Assembly (NCBI GenBank): GCA_964658305.1
Contig: OZ210885.1
Location: forward strand, 15,686,001-15,750,000
From: Leptogorgia sarmentosa
Lineage: Eukaryota
Length of the DNA: 64,000 nt
Reading direction: 5' to 3'
A program made the translations under genes and the position numbers. Shown here in pieces: positions 23,101 through 34,875 of this stretch; the first letter of the stretch is position 1, and every line of letters begins with the position of its first letter. A model generated the notes under the pieces. It was not told the DNA's origin. It made no database searches and worked only from the letters and a program-made list of their open reading frames with translations.

Positions 23101-25351
23101 GTCTCCGGAAAAATCAATCTATTCCTTTGATTGTCTATATGGTGCTAGCTACGCACCTCGTCGGATATCTGCTCATTTAGGAATGTTCAAATATCCCAAA
23201 CTTAGAAACTTGCATGATTTAATGTATAGTTGATAATTATTGCTGCCGAGCGAAGCGAGGCAGCACACTATTCTTGACACGCGGTGGTTTCCCCAGAGTC
23301 TACTCGACCCAGTCTTTCGCGCGAGTTATGTATTGTCGATATCGAGAAATGTGTCTGTCTGTAAAGATGTTTGTTTCCGGGGGCATAATTAAGCTTCAGG
23401 GACGTTTGTTAAAAGAGGGGAGCGGTCAGAATATATAAGCTTCAGCGACGTAAACAAGATATTGTATTGTGCACGCATCTCCATGTGCTTCAAGAATCGA
23501 AAGATTTTACAAAAGCGTTTCATATGGATGCAAGATTGTGCCAATGTTTTATGCGTTGTGGTCGGGTAATTTGGTATTTATGGTGATCACACATCAATGA
23601 TGCAAGCAATGTTCAGAATGCTAGCCCTAATAGACTGTTAGGGTTAGTGTTTACTATACTATTACTACATAGTACTATACTATTGCTATTAGTATAGTAA
23701 ACACTAACCCTAACAGTAAACCTTCACAACTAGCGTGCTGTTGCTTTTTAAAGAACGGGACATAAACACAATATGCGCACTGAATCGTATTTTAATTATT
23801 ATGTTGAGCTTGCGATTAAAAAACAAGATATAAACGTGCTAAACTTAATTGGTAATAATTTTCACTTCGTATGATGGCTGACGCGTGCTTTCTGAATACT
23901 CGGGTATATCACATTTCACTTCGTGTCATCGTATTACGAAAAAATGTATCTTGCCCAGGCTTTTTAAAAACTTGGATACATTACATTACGTGATTTAACA
24001 AGTCACCGTTTCAAAAGTGGACAGGTATTCTATAACCCAGCCGGAATCTTAAAGTTTGAGCGCGCACGTCAGCACCTTGCGATAGTAACTCCTAGTTTAT
24101 ACAGTTACTGCCCAAAAGTCTAAATCCATTTAGACAAAATTCAATATAATTATATGCAACATTTCATCACGATTTGATTATTATATATCAAATGAAATAA
24201 CCCTTTCTTCATCAAACAACTAGGATGTTAGACATGAATGCAAACAGTTTTGTTGTTCATATAACGAGCGGGACGGGAATATTACCTCAAGTATAAGTAA
24301 GAAGGAGGGTCTCTTTTTGTTAGCAAATAGGGCTGTTTTAGACTTTTGGAGGTAATACTGTAACTGTATATAACTGTTTATAGCTTTTTGTTAGAATTTA
24401 GCTGTAATGTAATCTCTCGTTAATAAATAAAGTTTTCACTTATATAATTTTCAGCCTGTGATATGCACACGTCACGGCATAATATTATGCTAGGTTGCAA
24501 AATCATGATACAAAACAAAATAAATAATTTAGTTGCATGATTGCACGTTCACGAGACTTCCGGTGTTATCAACAAGTGAGCGGTTGATTATATGACTGAT
24601 AATATGGTTGTTGCTACCTTTGGTACTATCTGATTGGTCAACATTCCCTTAATAATCCCCGGTGACAATTTGACGGATGTATTTCCACAATTAAATACTT
24701 TTTGTTGCTATAGCTACTTTGCAGGCATAAGCATTTAACTATACTAAAATAAACTTCATGCGATCGGATATGAGAATTATTTACCGTTTTTAGAATAAAA
24801 AAAAGTTGTCATCTCTAATATTTTGAACCTTGGTATCTAAAATTATTCTGGTATCTTAAATTATTCTAATTTCATCCAAAAGTAAATGCGCAATAGTCTA
24901 ACCTGCATGAGGATTCGTAAAATATATAAAGCATAATATATTAACGTAGTTGGAAGACATTGGTCAAAATTGCTGTGCCTTAGTGCGTTTTGGTAAGCAG
25001 GATATTTGTGATTTTCGATCAAAGCACAAATATTGGATTAAGTTACAAACCACAGGCATAACAATAACAAGTACTGGATGTTGATATAATATGTTTCTAA
25101 TATTATGTATGCTGTTTGAACCAGAAGGAATCTACCGATCGGGTACCCGAGCTGGCTCACTTTAGGCGAGATCGCGTCTTTGTTAACATTTCCTACTAAA
25201 TTTCGTTTTGCCTTTACATGGAGATCGAGCTGGCTCGCCTAGCCAAGATCCCACTTCATGTGACCCAGGATCTCGGTCAGGCGGGATAAGATTTTTCCAT
25301 GTAAACGTCTTTGCCTGAGCTGGCTCGGCTTTTGAGTAAAATAACTGCCTT

Positions 25352-25930
25352 TTGCGCATGCTTGTGCAAACTTTGTTTATTTTCAAAATGGCAGAAAATA
25401 ACCATGTGGCTTTGTGCAAAGTTTCTGTACAAAAACCGCAAAAACCTTCAAAATCCTGTGGGAAATCTAAAGGTAAGCAATTTCGTTGGGATGACGGAAT
25501 GGTGGAAAGTTTAATAAAATGTCTACAAGCATATAAGAGTGAAATGGAGTACAAGAACGTTGATTTCGATTGTGATCGACCAGCTCAGTACACATGGATC
25601 AGACAAGAAATGGCAACATTGTATGACGAAGATTCTTCGATATTTGGGCCCGTATTTATCTCCCCTCTAACTACTCCATTTTAAAGCATGAGCAAAGAGG
25701 AGAAAGAAGGACACACAAAGCAAAACAAGGCCGGAAATGAACTGATCAAGAAGGGGTATTCACGGATCAAGGAGAAGATTAAAGATATAAGGCAAAACTT
25801 TTCTCAAGCAGTTACGAATGGCCGACGAAGTGGAAGTGGGAAAATCGTTTTCAAGCATTACAATGAATTAGTTGTGATCTGGGGAGGTTCTGCTGCGACT
25901 AAGCCTCTTGAGTTCGGAGTGACATCTGAT
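25352..25930 (+). pseudogene. Myb/SANT-like DNA-binding protein of a PIF/Harbinger-type element, degenerate
   Basis: FRWDDGMVESLIKCL..KEKIKDIRQNFSQAV..GRRSGSG..YNELVVIWGGS; in-frame stop at 25682-25684; truncated. Confidence 0.6.
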
Positions 25931-27327
25931 CACGCCTGGCATTTTTACACACAAAAACGGTCATTTCGCCATTCACTATCACCTGCGGTTGCCTTTCAAA
26001 ACATAGCACCAGCGTTACACGTAGCAAGCGGCACACATCATTAGCATATTTAATGAGACAAGATGGCGGCTTTCAGGAGGCGGAATTTTAGTGTAGAAGA
26101 AGTTTTGGCCCATGATATTTTTAATGATGGGTCAAGAAAGCTTTTCAAAGCTAAAGGAGGCCCTAACTGATATTGCTAGGGAAAAATCATGCGGCATAAA
26201 CAAACGTGAGCGAATTTGTTGATACTTGCACAAGAAATGTCAACGATGTGCTCCATGATTTAAATACCAGCTCAATTGCAAATTAAAGCAATTCTCTTAA
26301 TGAACAGACCCAGATTGCAAACCAAACAACTCAATTATTTTCGTTAAATCACGCAATCAAAAATGTGTCACCACTAAAGTGAGTAAAGTCAGATGGCAAA
26401 GTGATATTTTGGAGCCTCCCTGTACAATATTGGTGTTGCATTGCTAGTCTGGCTGCAGCCGCGCTAGAGAAAAATCAGTCTGGGGATCGAGGAACAACCA
26501 AATACTGTGTTCATGATCATTGGAATTTAGCTGATGAACACAAGTTAAAAAATTGTTCCACAATTTCCAGACTGGATTTCATACAAGGCTGCAACTCATA
26601 CTGATGTGCAAGAGCAACTGGAATATTTGGAGAAAACCTGGCATGGTGGTTTGATATCACATGTAATAGATCCTTGCTATATATTCAAGCCATTGTATGT
26701 TAAAGTGACAGCAAAGAATAGCTTGGAAAATGTTAAAACGTGAATTCAGCTTAACTCTCTTCTACATACAAGAATGATAAACTGATCTTACTTATGTTTC
26801 TCTGCATTAATGACCTGTTTGACCAGGAAAAAAAGTTGTAGTCATTTTGCACATTATATATTGAGTATAGTCTATGGTATTGATCTTTCAATACAATCAA
26901 TGGAAAAGTTTAGGTATTGCAAAAGTCATGCAATAAGTTTTATATATATATTATAGTATAATATAAAAGTTAGTCAAGGATACATTATACATTAAATGGC
27001 ATTGTGCTTTTTATCACAACCCCTCTAATACAAACAAATAATTTTTTAATACTAATAGTTTGTTTAAAGACAAGTAATTTTACACTATTAGTTACTTTAA
27101 CACTATAGAACGGTATTGAATACAACTTACAAAAATACAATGAGTTGGACTACTGTATCTTTTATACTGTGTCAGTAGCTAGTAAATTATGTACAAAACA
27201 CACATAAGAGACAAAAGTATAAGCAGGAATATGGCAGAATTTTGGTGCGAATAAAGTCTGATGATGATAATGATGATGATTATGATGGTTATATTTAATT
27301 CAGTGTTGAAGTCTTGCAGTCTTTGAT

Positions 27328-27555
27328 GTGAAACCGGCTGACGAGAACCATGTTGAGAAGCCGAATTGTCATCACGGACAGCCGTGCGCCATGAGGAAAG
27401 TGAAAAAGCTAGGTCCTAACACAGGGCGAAAGTTTTTTCGCTGTTCCAATCAAACATTGTGTGGTTATTTTGAATGGATGCCTGAAGAGTCGTTGAAACC
27501 GCATAGCATTGAAGAACCTTTTATGCCCTTGTTCTACAACCCTTGTCAAAATTGA
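27328..27555 (+). pseudogene. GRF zinc finger fragment
   Basis: CHHGQPC..VKKLGPNTGRKFFRC..CGYFEW. Confidence 0.75.
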
Positions 27556-27691
27556 AACGTTTATAGAACGTTTTGGAACAGTTTAAACGTATGTGTAGAG
27601 TACAACTGATTTGTAATGTTCTAAGTATATAGTAAAACTTATTTATCAGTTTTAAATATATACTTGAAATGCTTCACGATATCATGCTCAT

Positions 27692-28066
27692 TTGATTTTG
27701 TCCTTGGGAAAGATGGATTTAATTTTAGACGAACTGCAGAAGAACAATGTAGAAATTGACATAAAAACCTTATCATATTATATCAAATATTTGATTGAAC
27801 AACACGAAGGGGCGTATGGGAACATGGTGCGGCAAGTAAATCGTGAAAATATTTCGGAGGTTTTTTATCAGATAAAAGTCGTTAATTTTGGTCGTGCTAT
27901 GGCTTATTTGTCTTCAATTTATTTGATGAACGCATCCGAGGAGGTGACATGTGAAGCTGTTCATTTAGCGGTCCCACCTATGAAGAGTTTTGACTTTTTG
28001 TCTTACAAGATTGAGGATGATTTGTTTTCCAGACTGAGATCCTTTATCGGACGTATTTTTAAATAG
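27692..28066 (+). CDS. Small helical protein, putative viral Bcl-2-like
   Basis: VNFGRAMAYL resembles the BH1 NWGR motif; about 120 aa; lies inside the Polinton cluster. Confidence 0.5.
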   Translation: MILSLGKMDLILDELQKNNVEIDIKTLSYYIKYLIEQHEGAYGNMVRQVNRENISEVFYQIKVVNFGRAMAYLSSIYLMNASEEVTCEAVHLAVPPMKSFDFLSYKIEDDLFSRLRSFIGRIFK

Positions 28067-28143
28067 ATAAATTCCATGTAAATTTTTTAAAGTGTTATAA
28101 GAGTGTATGTGTGTGTGTATTTAGATTCATTTTATTATCTGCA

Positions 28144-28779
28144 ATGATGGACGTACGATTAAAAACGCCTGCTAACTTTTATATTTGCGGTCAAAGTCAA
28201 AGCAGGAAATCGTACGTAACACGCTGCTTGTTAAGGCACGTGGGAGAATTGTTTGACCCTGCACCTACAAAAGTAATATACTGCTATGGAGAGTATCAAA
28301 AGGAATTTGACCAACTTCTTCCTAATGTTCAGTTGGTAGAAGGTTTTCCAAACGACACTGGCAAATTAACAAAAGGTCACGACAACTCTTTACTTGTACT
28401 GGACGATTTGATGTCTCAGTGTTCTAACAACTCTTGCGTTGCGGACTTGTTTACGCGCAGTTCGCATCATCGTGGAATATCTGTGTTGTATTTGACACAA
28501 AACTTATTTCCACCTGGCTAATTATCCCGCACAATCAGTTTTAATTCCCACTACATGGTTATATTTCGAAACCCGCGTGATTCGTTGGGTATTACCACAT
28601 TAGCAAGGCAAATGTTCCCCAAACATGCCGATTATCTTTTGGAAGCATTTCGTGACGCAACGAGTAAACTCTACGGCTATTTGCTCATTGACTGTCATCA
28701 ATTAACTCCCGAAAGTATGCGTTTGAGAACCAACATTTTACCAGGGGAACAACAATTCGTTTATGTAAAACGTATTTAG
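28144..28779 (+). pseudogene. A32/FtsK-like genome packaging ATPase
   Basis: Degenerate Walker A GQSQSRKS, Walker B LLVLDD, RSSHHRGISVLYLTQNLF, FRNPRD, YGYLLID; stop at 28519-28521. Confidence 0.88.
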
Positions 28780-28814
28780 AACAAGGTATGTTATCAAACT
28801 TAGTCATTATCAAG

Positions 28815-29070
28815 ATGTCGAAGCGAATGAGAAGAAGTCTTCCCTACTTGCAAATTTTGGCGGTGTGTAAACCAAAACTGCGTCAGGCAGTGCTTCAGAA
28901 ACGGGTTTCAGAAATGGGTGTTATCGCATTATAAGAAACATCTCCGTCCTTTAGCAGATAAAAAAGTATCCACAAAGCAAAAGAAGCATTATTTAAGTCA
29001 GAAGGGAGGAGGTTTACTAACATCGGTTTTACCACCTGTTTTAAATGTACTAGGGAATTTGCTGGTATAA
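28815..29070 (+). pseudogene. Small basic Polinton protein, frameshifted
   Basis: MSKRMRRSLPYLQILAVCKPKLR...QKGGGLLTSVLPPVLNVLGNLL; QxGG followed by an amphipathic tail. Confidence 0.55.
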
Positions 29071-29103
29071 TGAAAAAGGCAAGACGGATGGCACTGGTGC
29101 CAA

Positions 29104-29814
29104 ATGCTGGATAAATTTGAACGAAAGCAAAAATTGGAAACCTCTCCGATTATTTCGAATCTTTTGCAAAGCGATAAACGTATGTCGGACATTCTTGAAC
29201 GTTCGGATTTGGGCGACAACGAGAAGCAGAAACTGTACAATAGGACATGTAACGCTTTTTGGAATTGTGACAACAGAAAAAAAGCCAAGTACCGACGGTT
29301 CGGTTTGCTCCTAATATACAGGAAGGAAATGAAGCAACACCCCCAGAGCCACCCAAAGCCCAATTACCTCAATCATTTGAAGATGACATTGTGGCAAATT
29401 TGCCTAAGACGTACGAGGGGCATACGTCTTTTAAATCGATTAAAAGCGAGACCTGATGTGATTACGTGGGACGATACAGGGCAAGTGAACATTGAAGGGG
29501 AGACTATTCCAAATCCTAACATAACAGATCTGGTTAGCGATGCCATGAGATCAAGAAAAAATTTTGATTCGAGAGTGTTCTTTCAAACATTATCCAAGTT
29601 AAATGTGCTCAAACATCTCGTTAGAAATGACGACCGATGCAAACAAGTGGGCGAAACGAATTCTACCCGCGGCGATCGGGAGGTTTCGGCAGACCCTCAC
29701 GAACTGGGGGTTTGGCAGTCCGCTGTCCACAAGCTCATTTCAACCAAGAGAAGAACGACGCGTACAAGAACAGCGGATAAACTATTAATTTTTGTTACTT
29801 TGTTATCTGAATAA
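29104..29814 (+). pseudogene. Conserved Polinton hypothetical protein
   Basis: ITWDDTGQVNIEGETIPNPNITDLVSDAMR motif; appears frameshifted. Confidence 0.6.
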
Positions 29815-29908
29815 ATGATTTGAAACTATTTGTTGTTGCTGTTTTTTGTTTTAAGATAAAACCCCACACATTGTTTTTCTTACAAATAATTTTATTAATG
29901 CAATAAGT

Positions 29909-30412
29909 TTACAACAATCTTTTACAAAATTGATTAAGGCCACTAGTTGGCTGTTTAAATGTAAAGTGAGCTTGAACAAAACGAAACACTTTTTTATCAT
30001 TTAATTCGGAATCATTACTAAACATCTGCACGATTTTTTTCATGCTAACACCTCGTCCTCTATGACTAAGATAAAATGTACTATATTGTCCACAAACATC
30101 GGACCAGTTTCCCTGTAACTTGCGCTTGTTATTATTCCATTGGTGAGAATGTTTTTTTAAAAAGTTTTTAAATTCTATGTAATAATCTGGTGAATGGCCA
30201 TAGCTGTCAAAAAATTCTCCTTCCCTCTCTGATGGAAAGTAAAAGGCTACCCAATGCGTTCCGGGTTTACTGCTCGGGTCTGTGTTGGCAACAAATCCAC
30301 AAGGATATTTTTCCAGCGTTTGCTGTATTTTATTGCTAGGAAATAGTCCACAAAACATTTTGCACGCAATAGGATCTTGTTCTAAAGCGTGTTTTATTTC
30401 AAAAGTGTTCAT
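29909..30412 (-). CDS. Adenain-like (C5) cysteine maturation protease
   Basis: ANTDPSSKPGTHWVA, EFFDSYG, LQ..SDVCGQY (His-Asp-Gln-Cys). Confidence 0.9.
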   Translation of the reverse strand: MNTFEIKHALEQDPIACKMFCGLFPSNKIQQTLEKYPCGFVANTDPSSKPGTHWVAFYFPSEREGEFFDSYGHSPDYYIEFKNFLKKHSHQWNNNKRKLQGNWSDVCGQYSTFYLSHRGRGVSMKKIVQMFSNDSELNDKKVFRFVQAHFTFKQPTSGLNQFCKRLL

Positions 30413-30452
30413 CCTGAGTAATCGTAGATCACGTTTCTCTCTGAGTCGATGT
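30409..30452 (-). pseudogene. Extreme C-terminus of Polinton major capsid protein
   Basis: Minus strand reads IDSERNVIYDYSG-stop; the TGA overlaps the protease ATG (ATGA). Confidence 0.6.
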
Positions 30453-32330
30453 GTATGGTATTTTCAAAGACACTTGAACGTAAACGCGAGATGAAGGAGC
30501 ATTACTTCACCTTTATGAAATGTTATTCGACAATCAACATGCGGAGCCCGTCGCGGTCGGTGAGTTGGATTCACCAAAGCCCTGTTGGTACTTACCTCAA
30601 TTTGGGGTGTATCATCCCCAGAAACCACACAAGATTCGCGTGGTCTTTGACTGCGGGAGATGAACAACGACTGGGTTTCTCTCAACAAACTGCTACTATC
30701 CGGACCGGACTTCACAAACAGTCTGTTACGTGTATTACTCTGTTTCCATCAGACTGCAACTGCCTTTATGGCACATGTGGAGCAGATGTTCCATTCCTTT
30801 ACCGAGAAAGAGGAACACCGTGATTTCTTGAGATTTCTATGGCACCCAAGCAATGCTGGCGACAGCAAATTTGCGACTCCACAAGATTGTCTCAAATGAC
30901 TCGTGACCAATGCATTCCCACTTGAAGATCGAGCAACCAGAACATCGGACCTACATACCCTTCACCTGAGCAAGGTCACCAAACCCACCCCATGCTTGTT
31001 AGGCATGTACTGGAATCTCGAGACAGACACATTCTCTTTCAAGGTATCTGACGAAGACAAACCATTTACGAAACGGGGCATTCTATCAGTCATCAACAGC
31101 CTTTTCGACCTGCTAGGTATTGCATCCCCGGTGGTCATCAAAGGAAAAATGCTCCTCAGAGTTATGTCAACGGACTTAAAGAACCGTCATTTCGAAAATT
31201 GGGACCAACTTCTTCATGATGAATACAAACCTGCATGAGAAGAATGGTGTCAGTCGCTCTCCAGTTTGGAACGACTCAAAGTACCATGTTCCTACACCTC
31301 AAAACCGGTTACAGAAGCAACCCACACCGAGCTGCACATATTTTGTGACGCATCTGTCTGTGGAATCGCAGCAGTCTGTTACCCAAGATCCACACAACCC
31401 GATGGACAAGTTCAGATCACCTTCATCTTCGGTAAAGCGAAACCGGCCCCAGCCCACGCTACAACAATTCCGTGCTTGGAGATTTGTGATGCCGTCCTTG
31501 CCGTGGAGATCATGGAACTGGTCGTTGGGGAGTTAGCCAGTAAAGTAATTCTGAGCTACATCGCGAACGAAACACATCGATTCTACACCTACATAGCCAA
31601 TCGTGTGGAATGGATAAGGAAGTCCTCATCCCCAGAAGAGTGGTGCTACGTTCCGACCCACCTAAACCCAGCCGACTGCGTAACGGGATTGGTAAAAGGG
31701 AATGAGCTCGAAAACAGTTTGTGGCTCAGGGGACCAAGATTATAAAGAACATGCAACAAGGGGCCTTTGTAACGGAGCTCGGACAGATAAAGAGCGGCAT
31801 GAAGCTGTCCAAAGGTAGCTGCCTTAGCAAGCTCAACCCGGTGATCAATGCAAACAGAATCCTACGAGTTGGCGGACGCCTCGGTAGAGCCGAATTGAGT
31901 GTCGAAGAAGGTCACCCAATGATCTTACCTGGGTCCAACCACATTACCTGTCTTATAGTAAGGCACCACCACCTGGGTAGGGTGTGGGAACGGATGATCG
32001 GAATTACAAGAAGAATCCTAGACTCAATGCTTTTGGAGTTAGCCTCAAAACGTTTAACGCATGAGGTACTTTCTACGTTGATGGCTGAGGTCTCTGCGTT
32101 TGTGAACAGTAGACCCCTCGTTTCAGTGTCTAACGATCCTGTGCCAGAGATCTTCACCCCGGCGACCTTACTAACCCAGAAACTGACAATCTTGACCACG
32201 ACGCCAGGACAATTCACCTCCAAAGACCTACACACCGCCCAGTTGGCAGCGAGTTCAGTATTTAGCCCGTGTGTTTTGGTCTCAGTGGCAAAAGGAATTC
32301 TTATCGACGCTACAACCAAGAAGGAAGATT
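30453..32330 (+). pseudogene. BEL/Pao LTR retrotransposon pol remnant (RT, RNase H, integrase), heavily deleted
   Basis: SLNKLLLSGPDFTNSLLRVLL, TKRGILSVINSLFDLLG, ELHIFCDAS, NPADCVT, GRVWERMIG..VNSRPL; no LTRs found. Confidence 0.88.
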
Positions 32331-32494
32331 GATATTACTGTTAAAAAATTACAAAATTAACTTATATTAATATCAAACAGACTATAAACAAATTTTTACT
32401 TTTAGGCTCTATAAACGTTAGTTTCATACCAGGTTAATTTTCTCTTCTCTCTCTTTACATGTTATCCATATCTTTCAAAATTTTATTGATGCTT

Positions 32495-32760
32495 ACATGT
32501 TTTTGGCATCATCATTGTTATCTAGCAATGTTGCCTCAACAAAGGCGAAGAAATTTCTTCCTCTTGTCGGCTAGCTTACATCGAATGCATAATAGGATGC
32601 AATGAGAATTACCAACCCATCAATCAATTGGTATTTGGAATCTTTGTGATAATTTCTCCTTCAGCTGCCAAATACAAGGGTGTTATTGACCCATATTCTC
32701 CAGCACCAATTGGCAAAGGAGCAATAGAATTCAAGTCATGTATAAATCAAGGCCCTTAGG
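32495..32760 (-). pseudogene. Fragment of a DNA-transposon accessory protein (SAMD3-like C-terminal motif)
   Basis: IDGLVILIASYYAFDVS*PTRGRNFFAFVEATLL; weak motif recognition only. Confidence 0.35.
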
Positions 32761-33659
32761 ACAAAATATTCTCATTTGAGAACATCAATATAAAAGTGAT
32801 CCCTAACTGTTCCCAAGAACTCTATAGTATATGTGTTTTCTTTTATAATACATATAATACAGATTAAATGAAATACATACAGAGCATATTTTAATGACTG
32901 ACCCTTCATTTGTTGTTTTTTCTTTGCAGAGGGTCTGCAACAACATCACAGACCCATCCTCTTTAATTTCTACAGAGAAGGAAAAGAAATAAACAAAATA
33001 AGACCATTGTGAATAGTGTGCTAGCGAATAGGAATTTTATGCATTCCGGTCTTGTGTTTAATGGATAAAAATAGTGTTGGGCAAAGATGTTAAGAAAGTG
33101 TTACGATAGGAATTACGATAAGAGCATTAAGTAGAGGTGTAAAGATGGAAAAGAAGGTGTTAGAACACTTAGATGTTCTGGCGCATAACTGGACAAGGAG
33201 GAGGAGTCTTGATAAGTGCACTGATATTATAAGGCATATATACTTTAATTGTATTTATTATTTATTTCAAATAATTCAAGAGTTTTGATTGGTTAAGAGC
33301 AGTGCAATAAATCCTCATATATGACATTATGACATAATTATGTCGTATATTGAAAATTATACGACATTATGACGTTGACTAATTTATTCTGCATATGCCA
33401 AAAGCGGGAAAATTGTGGAAAACACAAATGGCCACCTCAAAGGAAAGGTTCTTCCAAACGTTTATATTGAGTTGAAATAAATTTGTTTGATTTAATTTTT
33501 GTTTAGCTATGTTGAATTGCTCTGACTGCGACCTTGAAATATACAACAGCTATAAGGACATTTTCTCTTGTAGTCTGATTGGCTTATTCAGTCTTGCAAA
33601 CACTATATTATTGTTCTATTTCCAGTACCTTGCAATTGCATGTTTTTGCAAGCGCTATA

Positions 33660-34418
33660 CAGGGTGTATCAAAAAAAAGTTTACTCATGAAAAACATTCT
33701 CTAAACTAATGAGCGCTCAAAATTTCCAAAAACCTTCGGTTAGCATGGGTAGTTTAACACCCTCTGGTATATCTAGCACTAAGTTTATTTTAAAAAGAAG
33801 CTTTTTTAGAATGGCGAATGTGGTTACTGAAAGGCCCATTAAAAACGGCTTGCGCAGAAAAAAAAGTTTTCTTCACACAATTTGATTTAATCGGATGAAA
33901 GCATGGAGTACGATATACAAGCTATTCAAGTTTTGAGAAATTTGGTACACGCTGAGACGAACGTGCGATGTCCGAAAACTGGATTTTCCGCAATTTCTTC
34001 ACGTAATTTCGGACCTTTGGGAATTAGCTTTCAATTTGCATTGATAATTAATGCAAATATCCAATTGTGCATAAATTAATCGGTAATCACGCAGGAAAGA
34101 ACGCAAAATCCAGTTTTCGGACATCGCACGTTCGTCTCAGCGTGCACCAAATTTCTCAAAACTTGAATAGCTTGTATATCATACTCCATATTTTCATCCG
34201 ATTAAATCAAATTGTGTGAAGAAAACTTATTTTTCCGCACAAGCCGTTTTTAATGGGCCTTTCAGTAACCGCATTTGCCATTCTAAAAAAGTTTGTTTTT
34301 AAAAGAAACTTAGTGCTAGATATACCAGAGGGTGTGAAACTACTGATGCTAACCGAAAGTTTTTGAAATTTTGAGCGCTCGTTAGTTTAGAGAATGTTTT
34401 TCATCAGTAAACTTTTTT
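33660..34418. mobile_element. Tc1/mariner-type palindromic MITE, right tip missing
   Basis: Starts TA|CAGGGTG; about 33675-33995 is the inverse of about 34100-34418. Confidence 0.7.
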
Positions 34419-34791
34419 GCGTTGCAACATGACGTTTCTAAGGGGACGAAATATACGTTTCTATGCAAAAAAACATTGTGTTGCTGGGTTGTCACTTTCT
34501 ATATTTAGGCCCAAAATTGTAAATTATTTTATACTTAATAATTAAAACTCCGTTGCCTTCAGCCTTAAGCAAGATGTGGTAGGTTAGCACCAAAGAGCGG
34601 TAATATCGATCTCGATGTAAATTAGAGTGATTCGTTTGCTTGAATAATAATTGTAAACAACTTTAATTTGAATAAAAGACTTTTTTGAACGAACTGTCAC
34701 ATTACATGAGCATTTGTTGTTTATTTCAACGCAACGTTTTTTGCATAGAAACGTATATTTCGTCCCCTAGAAACGTCACGTTGCAACGCCC
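34419..34791. mobile_element. MITE with ~55-bp TIRs
   Basis: gcgttgcaacatgacgtttctaaggggacgaaatatacgtttctatgcaaaaaa recurs inverted at about 34735-34790. Confidence 0.65.
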
Positions 34792-34875
34792 ACAACGAAC
34801 GTCAGCAACGCTTTTGGGACACATTGTTTACTCCAGTAAACACAATGGAAACGAAGACTTAGTTTTGTTGCCAAA

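Larger units (their letters stand above)
27328..30452. mobile_element. Polinton/Maverick (adintovirus-like) remnant
   Basis: Intronless cluster with packaging ATPase, adenain protease, capsid C-terminus and conserved small ORFs; no pPolB, integrase or TIRs seen. Confidence 0.85.

Noticed and set aside
24960..25002. About 40-bp match to the Naiad at 46200-46240
   Set aside because: Too short to call a feature; probably a decayed fragment.
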